A stretch of DNA of 61,645 nt, counting the filler. It is 3 parts of 3 records of this genome, joined end to end, with 100 filler letters (N's around TTAATTAATTAA, not from the genome) between each part and the next. Parts side by side here need not be neighbours in the genome. Positions count along the whole stretch, not along the records: positions 1 to 27,945 come from SRR31156797_6720; 2 more parts are not named here. One strand, given 5' to 3'. Position numbers and translations under genes: made by a program. Below the pieces are notes generated by a model, which was given only the letters and a program-made list of their open reading frames with translations, was not told where the DNA came from and made no database searches. Positions within the stretch are counted from its first letter, which is position 1. Every line of letters begins with the position of its first letter. Shown one piece after another: positions 1-9,720 of the stretch.

Positions 1-85
1 CTCGCTGAACAAGCATCTTGAAGTTACTTGGGTATATTTAAGTAAAACAAAGTATTGGCATCATTTCTATCTAAAGCCTAGAGGT

Positions 86-760
86 ATGACTATCCGCATG
101 AAGAAAATATTAATGGTCTTATTTTTAATACTCGGTATTGGAGGGGCTGGTGCGGGTTATTATTTGTTTTATTACAAACCGCAACAAGATTTACTTAATA
201 TGGAGTCAGAGCAACAAGAGGCGGCTCCACAAGAGACGAACAAGGATGATACCCCGATCGCTGAAGTAAAGCCGGAGGTAATGGATTACTACGTAGATGT
301 TGAAAAGCTAGGCATACGTGAAGCTGCGGACAAAAACGCGTTTGTCGATCGTTACTTATATAAAGGCGATCACGTTCGTTTATTGGAAAAGAAAAATGGC
401 TGGGGAAGAGTATCCGCCTATTTTGTTTACGAGCAAGGTGGCCCTGAAGTTGCGGAATGGATCCCATTGGATAGCTTGGTTGAAGAAGCACCATTGATCA
501 CTGAAGAAGAGCGCAGAAAAACAGTTCAGGGCTACATTGAAGGGTCTGATGATTATCTCGAGTTCGAAGATATGTTTTTAAATACCACCGATACTCTGCT
601 ACAAGAAAGGACTTGTTCCCCGGTTGACTTTGAAGAGTTAGGCGGCTGGGTAAGATCAACAAAATATACCGATAGGGACGTGTATTTCGTCTATTGTGGT
701 GGTTTAAAGCTTGCTGATAAAATCTATCTAGATGTTAGAACCGGCGAAGTATTCTACTAA
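86..760 (+). CDS. Membrane-anchored protein with SH3b-like domain and a Cys-containing C-terminal domain
   Basis: N-terminal TM (VLFLILGIGGAGAGYYLFYY); SH3b-like segment LYKGDHVRLLEKKNGWGRVS; GAGG RBS; hairpin downstream. Confidence 0.7.
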   Translation: MTIRMKKILMVLFLILGIGGAGAGYYLFYYKPQQDLLNMESEQQEAAPQETNKDDTPIAEVKPEVMDYYVDVEKLGIREAADKNAFVDRYLYKGDHVRLLEKKNGWGRVSAYFVYEQGGPEVAEWIPLDSLVEEAPLITEEERRKTVQGYIEGSDDYLEFEDMFLNTTDTLLQERTCSPVDFEELGGWVRSTKYTDRDVYFVYCGGLKLADKIYLDVRTGEVFY

Positions 761-773
761 TAAGATGAATATT

Positions 774-786
774 GTGACGTGGTAAC
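774..786. promoter_or_regulatory. matS-like site (MatP binding)
   Basis: GTGACGTGGTAAC fits GTKAC-N3-GTMAC. Confidence 0.5.
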
Positions 787-791
787 TAAAT

Positions 792-820
792 AGGCCTCTA
801 CGTATTCTAGAGGCCTTTTT
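792..820. terminator. Intrinsic terminator between convergent genes
   Basis: AGGCCTCTA-cgtattc-TAGAGGCCT followed by T-run. Confidence 0.75.
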
Positions 821-832
821 AGGGATTGGTGA

Positions 833-1306
833 TTATAACGCAGTCAGGATAGTTTCAGCTTTACTGACTTCAAACTCTTTTGGCGCCTCAATGTTAAGTG
901 TAGTGACGACGCCATCTTCCACAATCATTGCATATCGTTGCGAGCGTATCCCACCAAATCCGGCTGTATCCATTTCAAGCCCAAGTGCTTTGGTAAAACT
1001 TGCATCGCCATCGCCTAGCATTTTAATCTCATTCGCATTCTGCGCTTCGCCCCAAGCGTTCATCACAAACGCATCGTTGACTGAAATACATGCGATTAGG
1101 TCGACACCTTTAGCTTTAATTTGATCTGCCAAAACGACATAACCAGGGAGATGAGCTTCGGAGCAGGTCGGGGTAAATGCGCCTGGTACCGCAAACAGTA
1201 CGACTTTTTTGCCGCTAAATAGCTCGGTTGTTGTGTGATTAACCATACCTTCTGCAGTTAATTCACTCAGTGCAGCGTCAGGTAGTTTTTGTCCAACTGT
1301 AATCAT
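833..1306 (-). CDS. Peroxiredoxin, PRX5-like (Redoxin family)
   Basis: VPGAFTPTCSEAHLPGY peroxidatic motif; SVNDAFVM; RSQRYAM. Confidence 0.95.
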   Translation of the reverse strand: MITVGQKLPDAALSELTAEGMVNHTTTELFSGKKVVLFAVPGAFTPTCSEAHLPGYVVLADQIKAKGVDLIACISVNDAFVMNAWGEAQNANEIKMLGDGDASFTKALGLEMDTAGFGGIRSQRYAMIVEDGVVTTLNIEAPKEFEVSKAETILTAL

Positions 1307-1475
1307 GTTGTTTCCTTAATGGGTAGTGACTCTGTTTTCACTTCAGTCTAGTACTAAATGACAACGACAAATACCGAGAAACAATAGGGGTAATGTTAAA
1401 GAAGAGACTTGGACACGGTTTTGCTAAGCTTAGGATGTTCTGACGAGTATCGTTAAATGTAGATGGGGAGGTCTT

Positions 1476-1883
1476 GTGATTACAGTCATTGGGTTGGATC
1501 ATGTTGTATATAGAACAAGTAACCTAGAACAAATGCTTGAGTTTTATTGTAAAGTATTGGGGTGCCAGGTGGAAAGAGAGTTGCCTCCGGAAAAAGGCTT
1601 GGTTCAGCTTAGAGCTGGAAATGCCCTGATTGACATCGTACCGATAGACAGTGAATTGGGACGGTTAGGCGGCAAAGCGCCAAGTCAAGATGGTCGAAAT
1701 GTCGATCATGTTTGTTTGCAAGTATCCCCGTTTGTTGAAGCGGAGCTTATTGAATACTTAGAGTTAAACAATATTGACCATTCAGGGTTCGCCGAGCGTT
1801 ACGGTGCACAAGGGTTTGGTCGCTCAATATATATTAAGGATCCTGAAGGTAACGATGTTGAATTAAAACCCAGTCTCAAGTGA
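1476..1883 (+). CDS. VOC/glyoxalase family protein
   Basis: LDHVV, DHVCL and YIKDPEGNDVEL metal-binding motifs; GGGGAGG RBS before GTG. Confidence 0.9.
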   Translation: MITVIGLDHVVYRTSNLEQMLEFYCKVLGCQVERELPPEKGLVQLRAGNALIDIVPIDSELGRLGGKAPSQDGRNVDHVCLQVSPFVEAELIEYLELNNIDHSGFAERYGAQGFGRSIYIKDPEGNDVELKPSLK

Positions 1884-1903
1884 ATGATGAGACGTAATTA
1901 ACA

Positions 1904-2698
1904 TTAGCCATATGCGAGGCCGACGTTGGTCACCAAGCTTTCAGGAGTGCCAAGGTAATAGCCTTGATACATGTTTACGTCGAGTCGTCTCATTGCTTCA
2001 AATTGTTGCTCTGTTTCTATCCCTTCAATCACTGTTTTTGCCTTGGCGACTTTTGCCACTTCTATTGCTTTTAGCAGTGGAAGTTTGTCTCCAGACATGT
2101 ACTTTTGTAGCAAACTTCTATCGAACTTAATAATATCAGGGGAAAGCAGTTCAACCCGGTCAGAGTTTGAAGCGTGTGTACCGTAATCATCAATCGCAAT
2201 ATGAAAACCAATCTTAGAAAGGTGTTGAGCTGCGTTCTGCAGTGAGACCTCGTTGTGAGATTCTTGTTCAACCACTTCCATAACAATTTGCGGCGTTTTT
2301 AGATTCAACTGTTGAAGCCTGTCCGATAATCGTTGAGAGAGTGTGCCACTTTCGACGATAAACTGCCCAGCCTCGGGTAATAAGTTCAAAAATAAATGGT
2401 TGTCTCGGTAGGGTGAGATAGAAAAATTCCGAATGTGGATTGCTCTGCTTAACAGCTCGACATTAAGCTGATCGATAAAGTTATACTGTTTAGAATGGAA
2501 GAAGAGATCGGGCCGTATTTGGCCTTGTCCTCGAGTGTAGATCCTTACTAAAGCTTCAGCACCAATAACGGTTCCGGTTCTGCTAAATATGGGCTGAAAG
2601 ACACTACGTAACGTCAACGTTTTATAATGAGCAACGTATTCTCCACAATCATCATATTTGATGCATTGCTCAAATTGCTCTTTAGCGGTAAGAATCAT
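1904..2698 (-). CDS. Stand-alone EAL-domain c-di-GMP phosphodiesterase
   Basis: FQPI, EAL, LFLN, DDYGT, IKFDRS, EGIET, QGYY motifs; ATG at 2698 preferred over TTG at 2710. Confidence 0.92.
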   Translation of the reverse strand: MILTAKEQFEQCIKYDDCGEYVAHYKTLTLRSVFQPIFSRTGTVIGAEALVRIYTRGQGQIRPDLFFHSKQYNFIDQLNVELLSRAIHIRNFSISPYRDNHLFLNLLPEAGQFIVESGTLSQRLSDRLQQLNLKTPQIVMEVVEQESHNEVSLQNAAQHLSKIGFHIAIDDYGTHASNSDRVELLSPDIIKFDRSLLQKYMSGDKLPLLKAIEVAKVAKAKTVIEGIETEQQFEAMRRLDVNMYQGYYLGTPESLVTNVGLAYG

Positions 2699-3027
2699 AC
2701 GATTATTCAAATCCTAATTTTGGGTATTAGATATCACATCCATTCGATATCCTTATGAAAATTAAGTTTATTATTTACTAAATAGCTACTATGTCAATGA
2801 TTTATCTATGAAACTGCAAAAGGCGAATCTAATGTAAATATGACAGGTAGATACCAAGTTAGGTTAACGTAGTGATATGAAAATTAAGACTTTTTAATAA
2901 ATATTAAATGCCCACTAAGCGAGGTGTGTCGCTAAATTTCAAATATTAAGCACGATAAAACTACGTTTGTGTATGTTGTGTTGTATAAATAAAACATAAA
3001 ATAGAGATATTAATCAAGCTTTTGCTT

Positions 3028-3816
3028 TTACCGTTCGTCAAAGAAATCTTTATTTCTAATATACCGGCTCATCAAATGGTAGGAGAAAGGGCGTATCGCC
3101 CAAGAAATCACACTTTTCGCCAATCGAAGCACAGTGGGGGTATTTTCATAAACTTTTCCATTGTGAAGCCAAAGCATTTTGCCAACATGCCAATAATAGA
3201 AAGGGAGTGGAGGAAGAAAGGTGACGATATCGAGATCACAGCATACTCGATAGGTTTTGTGATTGAGCCGATACTCATTTCTAAACCGATAGCCCCCAAT
3301 CGCAGGTTGGCCGAACGTTACAACGCGCTTGACGGATCTTGGATATTCTTTCTCAACCAAATCGGCTAATACGGTGCTAATCGCACCTCCAGAAGAGTGT
3401 CCAGTAAAAGTGATTCTTTTGCCTTGTCGGATATGAGGCACTATATAACTTAATAGCCGTTCGTACACTGACAGCCCAAGTGAGTCATTGTTGTAACCAG
3501 GTTGGCTCTCTTGTTGGATTAAGTATGCATAGCCTGAATGGATTGGGTAGCCAGTATCAAGTGTTTGAGGGGGCAGCTGCCACATCTTTAAGTTGAGTAA
3601 CCAATCTGAAATAGAGTGAGACCCCTTGATAACCACAATGACTTCATCGTCTTTTTTCGCCCAAAGCACGCGCATGAGAATTTTGCCAAAACGGTTGTAG
3701 ACGATTCGTTGGCCGTTTGGGTCAAATCCGTAGTTGGTCTGTTTAAATACTCTGGGATAAGCGAGATTGCATAGCACGGCGTATCGTTCGTATTGGTAAC
3801 GCTTTAGGCTTTTCAC
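3028..3816 (-). CDS. Lipase class 3 family protein
   Basis: GHSSGG nucleophile elbow, IHSGY, TFGQP, DIVTFLP, C-terminal His; no signal peptide. Confidence 0.88.
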   Translation of the reverse strand: MKSLKRYQYERYAVLCNLAYPRVFKQTNYGFDPNGQRIVYNRFGKILMRVLWAKKDDEVIVVIKGSHSISDWLLNLKMWQLPPQTLDTGYPIHSGYAYLIQQESQPGYNNDSLGLSVYERLLSYIVPHIRQGKRITFTGHSSGGAISTVLADLVEKEYPRSVKRVVTFGQPAIGGYRFRNEYRLNHKTYRVCCDLDIVTFLPPLPFYYWHVGKMLWLHNGKVYENTPTVLRLAKSVISWAIRPFSYHLMSRYIRNKDFFDER

Positions 3817-3917
3817 ATTGAGTCTGATGGTTGTTTTTAGACTACTATGCTGGGAAAAAATGTCTTTTTGGTTACAGTGACAATAAATCCGTTAACGGTG
3901 AGTAATGCTATCGGGTT

Positions 3918-4553
3918 TTATTCCCACTGCAAGACGGCGTAAAGTTGAATGTACTTACGCACAAGTTGCTGATTTTTCGAGTGTTTTAGAGGGTGGCCAA
4001 ACTTTATGTAACAGGGACTAATCTGGTATTGTGCTTCAAGGGCTTGAGTCAACAATGAGTCACTTTCAAACAAAGTGATACCTTGCGCGCTGTATTCATC
4101 GATTTCGTCCGGTAGTTGTCCCGTCCACCAATGGAGTAATTCACGGCTTTTTTGACTTCGGCTTATCCAGTGATCGGTGAGCAATATTAATAAATCGTTA
4201 GGCTGGATGGCGAAGGCGTACTCATGTTTCCATTGCGAGATGTCGTGCATGAGTTTGTCACGGCAGGTTTTGCCTGCACTCACTAAATGGTGAGTAAGGA
4301 TCCATACAGTGCCCATTTCGCTCGACACGCGGAAGTGGTGTGGCATGTCACCATAATTTACCGACTCGATTGAAGCGTACTGACAGGCGTGTCCAAACTC
4401 AGTTAAGGTGCGAGATAATCGGCGAGCGAACGCTTGACCAAGGTGATGGCCACTCATTCCTTTATTATGGATTGTAGGGTAGTGCTTTTCGCACAACTTC
4501 AGGCAGTCGGTTTGAAACTCATTGACGCTCTGCGTGACAATATCCAATAACAA
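3918..4553 (-). CDS. Conserved hypothetical protein
   Basis: Long ORF; AAGGAG RBS favours TTG start at 4553 over 4610. Confidence 0.75.
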   Translation of the reverse strand: MLLDIVTQSVNEFQTDCLKLCEKHYPTIHNKGMSGHHLGQAFARRLSRTLTEFGHACQYASIESVNYGDMPHHFRVSSEMGTVWILTHHLVSAGKTCRDKLMHDISQWKHEYAFAIQPNDLLILLTDHWISRSQKSRELLHWWTGQLPDEIDEYSAQGITLFESDSLLTQALEAQYQISPCYIKFGHPLKHSKNQQLVRKYIQLYAVLQWE

Positions 4554-4730
4554 CTTGTTTGTTCTCCTTAACTTAAGCTTCGTTAGACTACCACAGTTCC
4601 ACATTCTCACTAGGGGAATTTGATGACTATTTGAAAGCTATCAAATCTTTCGCTCATAGGATGCCAATACGGTAACGGCAAGTTGATACAAGACTGATAT
4701 ACTGCGATTTGTATTGAAAACTGAGGATAA

Positions 4731-4982
4731 ATGATGAGTGATATTGAATTTACCCAACAGCAAAAAGAGGGACTTTGCCACGCATTGCAAAAGTATTGTG
4801 CTGATGAACTTGATGTCGAGCTTGAACAGTTCGATGCGTTGTTCTTGTTAGAATTTGTTACAAATAAGATCGGTCCGGTTTTTTACAATAAAGGGCTATC
4901 TGATGCGAAAAGCGTGTTTGAAAGAAAGGTTCTAGATGTCGCTGATGAACTCTATCAGATTGAAAAAGAAAGTGAATTTTAG
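4731..4982 (+). CDS. DUF2164 family protein
   Basis: EQFDALFLLEF...IGPVFYNKGLSDA pattern; GAGGA RBS. Confidence 0.85.
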   Translation: MMSDIEFTQQQKEGLCHALQKYCADELDVELEQFDALFLLEFVTNKIGPVFYNKGLSDAKSVFERKVLDVADELYQIEKESEF

Positions 4983-5012
4983 TTTTTGTTCATCGATGCT
5001 TACAAAATATGT

Positions 5013-5031
5013 TGTTCGAATTAATCGAACA
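5013..5031. promoter_or_regulatory. Palindromic operator upstream of yceJ-yceI (LysR-like)
   Basis: TGTTCGA-attaa-TCGAACA perfect 7-5-7 inverted repeat. Confidence 0.5.
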
Positions 5032-5153
5032 TCTTCATCAATTGGTCTAGCTAGCCACTGAGTAAATGTTGGTAAATACTCTGTTAATAATATGTATCGA
5101 TTGATACTTTATCGGTCTAAGTGACTAATATTTAGATTTTTAGAGAAGTGATT

Positions 5154-5690
5154 ATGGGCTCTACAGTAACACAATACAATTTAGTATCGCGTTTGATGCA
5201 CTGGGTTTCAGCAGTTGTTGTCATCGGTATGTTTTGGGTTGGTCTATGGATGGTTGATCTCTCCTACTACAGTAGTTGGTATCAAACTGCGCCTCATTGG
5301 CACAAATCTATTGGAATCCTGTTTGCTGTGCTGACTGTGGCCCGTATTGTATGGAAACTAGTTACGGTGTCACCCGATATTGAAGGTTCTAACTTTGAAC
5401 GAGTAATGGCAAAGATTGCTCACTTGTTTATCTATGCCGATATGTTGGTGTTATTCGTTTCTGGTTACCTCATCTCTACCGAAGACGGTAGAGGTATAGA
5501 TGTTTTCAACTGGTTTACAGTTCCAGGCGCAGGTGCACTATTTGAAGGGCAGTCAGACCTTGCTGGTCTCATTCACTTTTATGCCGCTTGGGCGTTAATT
5601 ATTACCGCTGCAGTCCATGCTTTGGCTGCATTAAAACATCACTTTATTAATAAAGATAATACGCTACGCAAAATGATAGGAGTATCGTAA
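5154..5690 (+). CDS. yceJ: Cytochrome b561 (YceJ-like)
   Basis: RLMHW, HKSIG, AHLFIY, IHFY, HALAALKHH heme ligands; four TMs; stop overlaps yceI start. Confidence 0.88.
   Translation: MGSTVTQYNLVSRLMHWVSAVVVIGMFWVGLWMVDLSYYSSWYQTAPHWHKSIGILFAVLTVARIVWKLVTVSPDIEGSNFERVMAKIAHLFIYADMLVLFVSGYLISTEDGRGIDVFNWFTVPGAGALFEGQSDLAGLIHFYAAWALIITAAVHALAALKHHFINKDNTLRKMIGVS
5361..5373. promoter_or_regulatory. matS-like site
   Basis: GTTACGGTGTCAC. Confidence 0.55.
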
Positions 5691-6259
5691 TGAAAAAAAC
5701 ATTATTGGCAGTTGGATTAGCATTCACCATGGCTGTGCCTTTTGGCGCAAGCGCAGCGGATTATGTCATTGATTCAAAAGGCGCTCATGCGTCGGTAAAC
5801 TTTAAAGTTAGCCATTTGGGTTACAGCTTTATTAAAGGTCGCTTTAATAATTTTGAAGGTACATTCTCTTTTGATGAAAGTGATGTTACTGCTTCGAAAA
5901 TTAATGTAGTTGTCGACACAACCAGTTTGGATTCTAACCACGCTGAGCGTGATAAGCATATTCGTAGTGGTGATTTCATCGATGCTGGCAAATACGGAAA
6001 GGCGACTTTTAACAGCACACAAGTGGTTGATAAAGGTGATGGCAAATACGATGTTATTGGTGAGATGACGTTACATGGTCAAACTAAACCAGTAACTATT
6101 GATGCTGAGTTTATCGGTGCAGGTAAAGACCCTTGGGGTGGCGAACGTGCAGGCTTTATGGGCTCGACAAGATTAGAATTGGCTGACTTCAATATTCCAG
6201 TCATGGGTGCGTCGAGCTATGTTGATATGGAGTTCCATATTGAAGGCGTACAAAAGTAA
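5690..6259 (+). CDS. yceI: YceI family periplasmic polyisoprenoid-binding protein
   Basis: Signal peptide; HASVNFKVSHLGYS, RDKHIRS, DPWGGERAGF. Confidence 0.95.
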   Translation: MKKTLLAVGLAFTMAVPFGASAADYVIDSKGAHASVNFKVSHLGYSFIKGRFNNFEGTFSFDESDVTASKINVVVDTTSLDSNHAERDKHIRSGDFIDAGKYGKATFNSTQVVDKGDGKYDVIGEMTLHGQTKPVTIDAEFIGAGKDPWGGERAGFMGSTRLELADFNIPVMGASSYVDMEFHIEGVQK

Positions 6260-6274
6260 GTTTACTTGCTAACT

Positions 6275-6310
6275 AAAACAATAAAGCCCCGATTGGGGCT
6301 TTATTGTTTT
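6275..6310. terminator. Bidirectional intrinsic terminator
   Basis: AAAACAATAAAGCCCC-gatt-GGGGCTTTATTGTTTT perfect stem. Confidence 0.9.
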
Positions 6311-6322
6311 TTACCGCTTGTG

Positions 6323-7774
6323 TTATGCACGTTCTAATTGTTTGTCTTCAACGATATTCAATCGCTCTCCGTAAACGGAACGTAACGCCTCCAATACGTT
6401 ATTACGGCTTACCATTCCGACAAAGTTTCCGTTATCGAGTACCGGTAATTGGTGAGGTTGAGTGATCTTCATAGATTTCGCACGCTCTTCGACTGATAGC
6501 GTATTGAATCGAGTTGCAATACCCATGCTTGTGGTTGGGAATAGCTGTTCTCTGTCAATACAAAGGAACTCGGCAACATCGACCAGTTTGTCGCTAACAT
6601 CAATGGCAATAACATCACGAGTCATCAAATCAACCACTTTTTGGTCTTTGGCAGGAATGTAATCCTGACACCACAAATCAACCATGACGTCATGAACAGA
6701 GAACATTCCTACTAGTCGACCTTCCAAATCAACAACCGGTGCCGAGCTGACGTTACCATCAATCAGTGAATCGATTGCCGCAGGTGTGGGCGTATTTGCA
6801 TTCAGGGTGATTGGATTAGTGTTCATGATGTCTTTCATAGTGATTGTGTTGTTCATAGTAATATCCTTTACTGACGTTATCGTTGTTGTTTGGGTGATTG
6901 ACGAAATATTGGCTGCTTTCAATTGAGGTCTGCGGTAAATCGACCAATTCGCAAGTCCTACAAGTACAGAACCTCCGACAATGTTTCCTAAAGTGACAGG
7001 GATTAAATTGGCGGTAATAAACTTGAGCACGTTTAAATCTGCGTAGTGAGCTGGTGTCGTACCAACTTGCTGCCAGAATGAATCTGGAGCAAAGTTTTGG
7101 ATAACAATACCGAGCGGCACCATAAACATATTGGCGACACAGTGTTCAAAGCCTGTTGAAACAAACATGGCGACGGGCATGATTGTCATTGCAGCTTTGG
7201 TCATGGCATTAGCAGAACTGAATGTTAACCAGATGGCCAAACATACCAGCAGGTTACAAAGCACCCCTAATGAGAACGCCTGCACTGTACTGTGATGTAG
7301 CTTATGCTGCGCAATGTTCAGCGCATTGAGTCCCCATTGTCCATTATCAAGCTGATAAAGACCCGCGGCTGTGACCATCAGAAGTAAGAACATTGCTCCG
7401 ATAAAATTACCGATATAAACTTTGCCCCACACTGAGATCATCTTGCCGAAGCTAATTTGCTTATTTGCCCAGGAGATGCTTGATAACACTGAGCTGGTAA
7501 ATAGCTCACCACCGCAAATCACAATAAAGATAAGCCCCATACTGAAAGCTAAACCGCCCGCCAGTCGACTAATCCCCCAGCCAGTTTGTGCGCTACCAGT
7601 GGTCACCGTTATGTAAAACAAAAATGCAAGTCCAATGAAGGCTCCAGCCATCACAGCCAGACTTAATGTCATCGAACTGGTCTTTTTGGCTTTACTTAGG
7701 GCAAATTTTTCAGCTTCAGCCATCATTTCAACGGGTGAAAAATAGTGCTGATTAGTCGAGTCGACTGAAGACAT
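6323..7774 (-). CDS. focA: Formate/nitrite transporter FocA fused to C-terminal CBS pair
   Basis: GGELFTS, LCNLLVCLA, GFEHCVANM, TLGNIVGG FNT motifs; CBS repeats after about aa 310; AAGGAG RBS before ATG 7774. Confidence 0.92.
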   Translation of the reverse strand: MSSVDSTNQHYFSPVEMMAEAEKFALSKAKKTSSMTLSLAVMAGAFIGLAFLFYITVTTGSAQTGWGISRLAGGLAFSMGLIFIVICGGELFTSSVLSSISWANKQISFGKMISVWGKVYIGNFIGAMFLLLMVTAAGLYQLDNGQWGLNALNIAQHKLHHSTVQAFSLGVLCNLLVCLAIWLTFSSANAMTKAAMTIMPVAMFVSTGFEHCVANMFMVPLGIVIQNFAPDSFWQQVGTTPAHYADLNVLKFITANLIPVTLGNIVGGSVLVGLANWSIYRRPQLKAANISSITQTTTITSVKDITMNNTITMKDIMNTNPITLNANTPTPAAIDSLIDGNVSSAPVVDLEGRLVGMFSVHDVMVDLWCQDYIPAKDQKVVDLMTRDVIAIDVSDKLVDVAEFLCIDREQLFPTTSMGIATRFNTLSVEERAKSMKITQPHQLPVLDNGNFVGMVSRNNVLEALRSVYGERLNIVEDKQLERA

Positions 7775-7899
7775 ATGCACTCCTTAAACTCTTATCCATA
7801 TCGAAACTCCTTTCGTAAAAACAACACATTATGTGCTGTCTGGTTATTAGATTAGCGTCCTACAAAACACCAAGTAAAATTGATAATTTTTAAAACCCG

Positions 7900-7916
7900 T
7901 ATCAATTATGTTGATA
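7900..7916. promoter_or_regulatory. LysR-type binding palindrome in the focA/LysR divergent promoter
   Basis: TATCAA-ttatg-TTGATA containing T-N11-A. Confidence 0.55.
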
Positions 7917-7992
7917 TCAGTTGGCTTGTAGGTAAAATGAAACTAAGTGCTTATTTGGCAACGATTAATGGATTAATTAAACAGGATGGTTC

Positions 7993-8898
7993 ATGAGGTA
8001 TTCACTAAAACAACTCGCAGTTTTTGATGCCATTGCAGACAGTGGCAGCGTCAGTGTTGCTGCGGAAAAGCTGGCGTTGACGCAGTCTGCAACCAGTATG
8101 TCTCTTGCCCAGTTAGAAAAGATGCTTGGCCGTCCTTTGTTTGAGCGGCAGGGAAAGCAAATGGCTCTAACACATTGGGGAATGTGGCTTCGACCCAAAG
8201 CAAAACGGCTACTGCAAGATGCTCAACAAATAGAAATGGGCTTTTATGATCAACAGCTGGTCAGTGGGGAAATCAGTATTGGAGCCAGTCAAACGCCTGC
8301 CGAGCATTTGATTCCTGATTTAATCAGTATTATTGATAACGATTTCCCTGAGATTCGAATTGATCTGCGAGTAAAGAGTACTCGAGCGGTCATTGAAGGA
8401 GTCTTGGACTATAAATATGACCTTGGAATTATCGAAGGGCGTAGCGACGACAACCGCATACATCAAGAAGAGTGGTGTCGAGATCACCTAACAGTGATTG
8501 CGTCGTCCCATCATCCGTTTGCAAAACGCTCGACGGTTAGCTTAGCGCAGCTAGAACAGGCGAAGTGGGTGTTACGTGAACTCGGTTCTGGTACTCGCAA
8601 AACGTTCGATAGTTCGATTCATCATCTGATCGAAGACCTTGATGTATGGCGTGAATATGAGCACGTGCCAGTATTGAGATCACTGGTGGCAAACGGTCCT
8701 TATTTGACGTGTTTACCGTATCTCGATGTGGAAAGATTTATTGCAAGTGGTCAGCTTGTTGCCTTGAATGTACCTGAACTGAATATGGAAAGAACGCTAT
8801 CGTTCATTTGGCGTGCTGATATGGCCGAAAATCCACTCGCGGAGTGTATTATGCGCGAAGGGTTTCGTATGATGAAAAGCCGACCATCTTTCTTATAA
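7993..8898 (+). CDS. LysR family regulator (YeiE/CysL-like)
   Basis: HTH LTQSATSMSLAQLE; IGASQT; LRELGSGTR. Confidence 0.93.
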   Translation: MRYSLKQLAVFDAIADSGSVSVAAEKLALTQSATSMSLAQLEKMLGRPLFERQGKQMALTHWGMWLRPKAKRLLQDAQQIEMGFYDQQLVSGEISIGASQTPAEHLIPDLISIIDNDFPEIRIDLRVKSTRAVIEGVLDYKYDLGIIEGRSDDNRIHQEEWCRDHLTVIASSHHPFAKRSTVSLAQLEQAKWVLRELGSGTRKTFDSSIHHLIEDLDVWREYEHVPVLRSLVANGPYLTCLPYLDVERFIASGQLVALNVPELNMERTLSFIWRADMAENPLAECIMREGFRMMKSRPSFL

Positions 8899-9022
8899 AT
8901 TTTTTATATTGGCTCCATCAATTAAATATTTGGTGTTTCATTGTTGATGTGATTGTTACTAAATATGTTTATTTATCGTTTGCGTCACTATTTTTATGTA
9001 AATAATATTTTCATTTCACTTA

Positions 9023-9044
9023 TAAGGTGATCTTTATCACATTA
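9023..9044. promoter_or_regulatory. CRP site
   Basis: GGTGA-tcttta-TCACA upstream of DUF1097 gene. Confidence 0.65.
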
Positions 9045-9126
9045 ACACCTGTGTCTGATCTCTATTATCATGGTTCGAAGCATGTATACCACTTACATAA
9101 GCTGAAACATAATTGAAGAGGTCACC

Positions 9127-9615
9127 ATGAGCACGCTGTTCGCTATCGCATTAACAACAGGTCTTTTATCTGGTATTTGGGGTTGGGTATCAATTTCACT
9201 TGGGTTGTTAACATGGGCTGGCTTTTTAGGGTGTACCAGTTATTTTGCTTCTCCTAATGATAGCTTGAAAGGATTGGGCGTGAGTATGGTGACTAATGTA
9301 ACAGGTGTGTTTTGGGCTATGGCCATTATCAATGGCTCACAATACGCATCGGTTGATTTGATTGGTTATATTGTCACTGGCGTAGTTTCATTTGCGATGT
9401 GTATTCAAGCGAAAAAGCAGTGGCTATCTTACATTCCTGGCACGTTTATCGGGTGTTGTGCGACTTTTGCTGCCAATGGTGATTGGCAAATTGTTATTCC
9501 TTCACTGCTCGTTGGTGGCTGTTTTGGCTACGCAATGAAGTCAACTGGGCTTTGGTTGCAAAAGCGAACTCAGCAGTCTCGCTTAACAATAGGAACCCCA
9601 GTTAAAGAGCAGTAA
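9127..9615 (+). CDS. DUF1097 (YcdZ-like) inner membrane protein
   Basis: WAGFLGCTSYFA, YIPGTFIGCCATFA; several TMs; GAGG RBS. Confidence 0.9.
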   Translation: MSTLFAIALTTGLLSGIWGWVSISLGLLTWAGFLGCTSYFASPNDSLKGLGVSMVTNVTGVFWAMAIINGSQYASVDLIGYIVTGVVSFAMCIQAKKQWLSYIPGTFIGCCATFAANGDWQIVIPSLLVGGCFGYAMKSTGLWLQKRTQQSRLTIGTPVKEQ

Positions 9616-9686
9616 CTTGTATAAACTTAGATAGGGGTTATCAATTTCACTGATGTGTTTTTGTGAAAACCATTTATATGAAGAAT

Positions 9687-9716
9687 TAAAAGGGGCGTGC
9701 CTTAGACACGCCCCTT
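9687..9716 (-). terminator. Intrinsic terminator
   Basis: AAGGGGCGTG...CACGCCCCTT stem; U-run on minus strand. Confidence 0.75.
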
Positions 9717-9720
9717 AACT

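Noticed and set aside
2711-3027. c-di-GMP riboswitch upstream of the EAL gene
   Set aside because: No GEMM-like GGCAAAC...GAAA...GACGCAAAGC core on either strand
3028-3816. Lipase as a T6SS Tle effector
   Set aside because: No vgrG/PAAR or immunity lipoprotein adjacent
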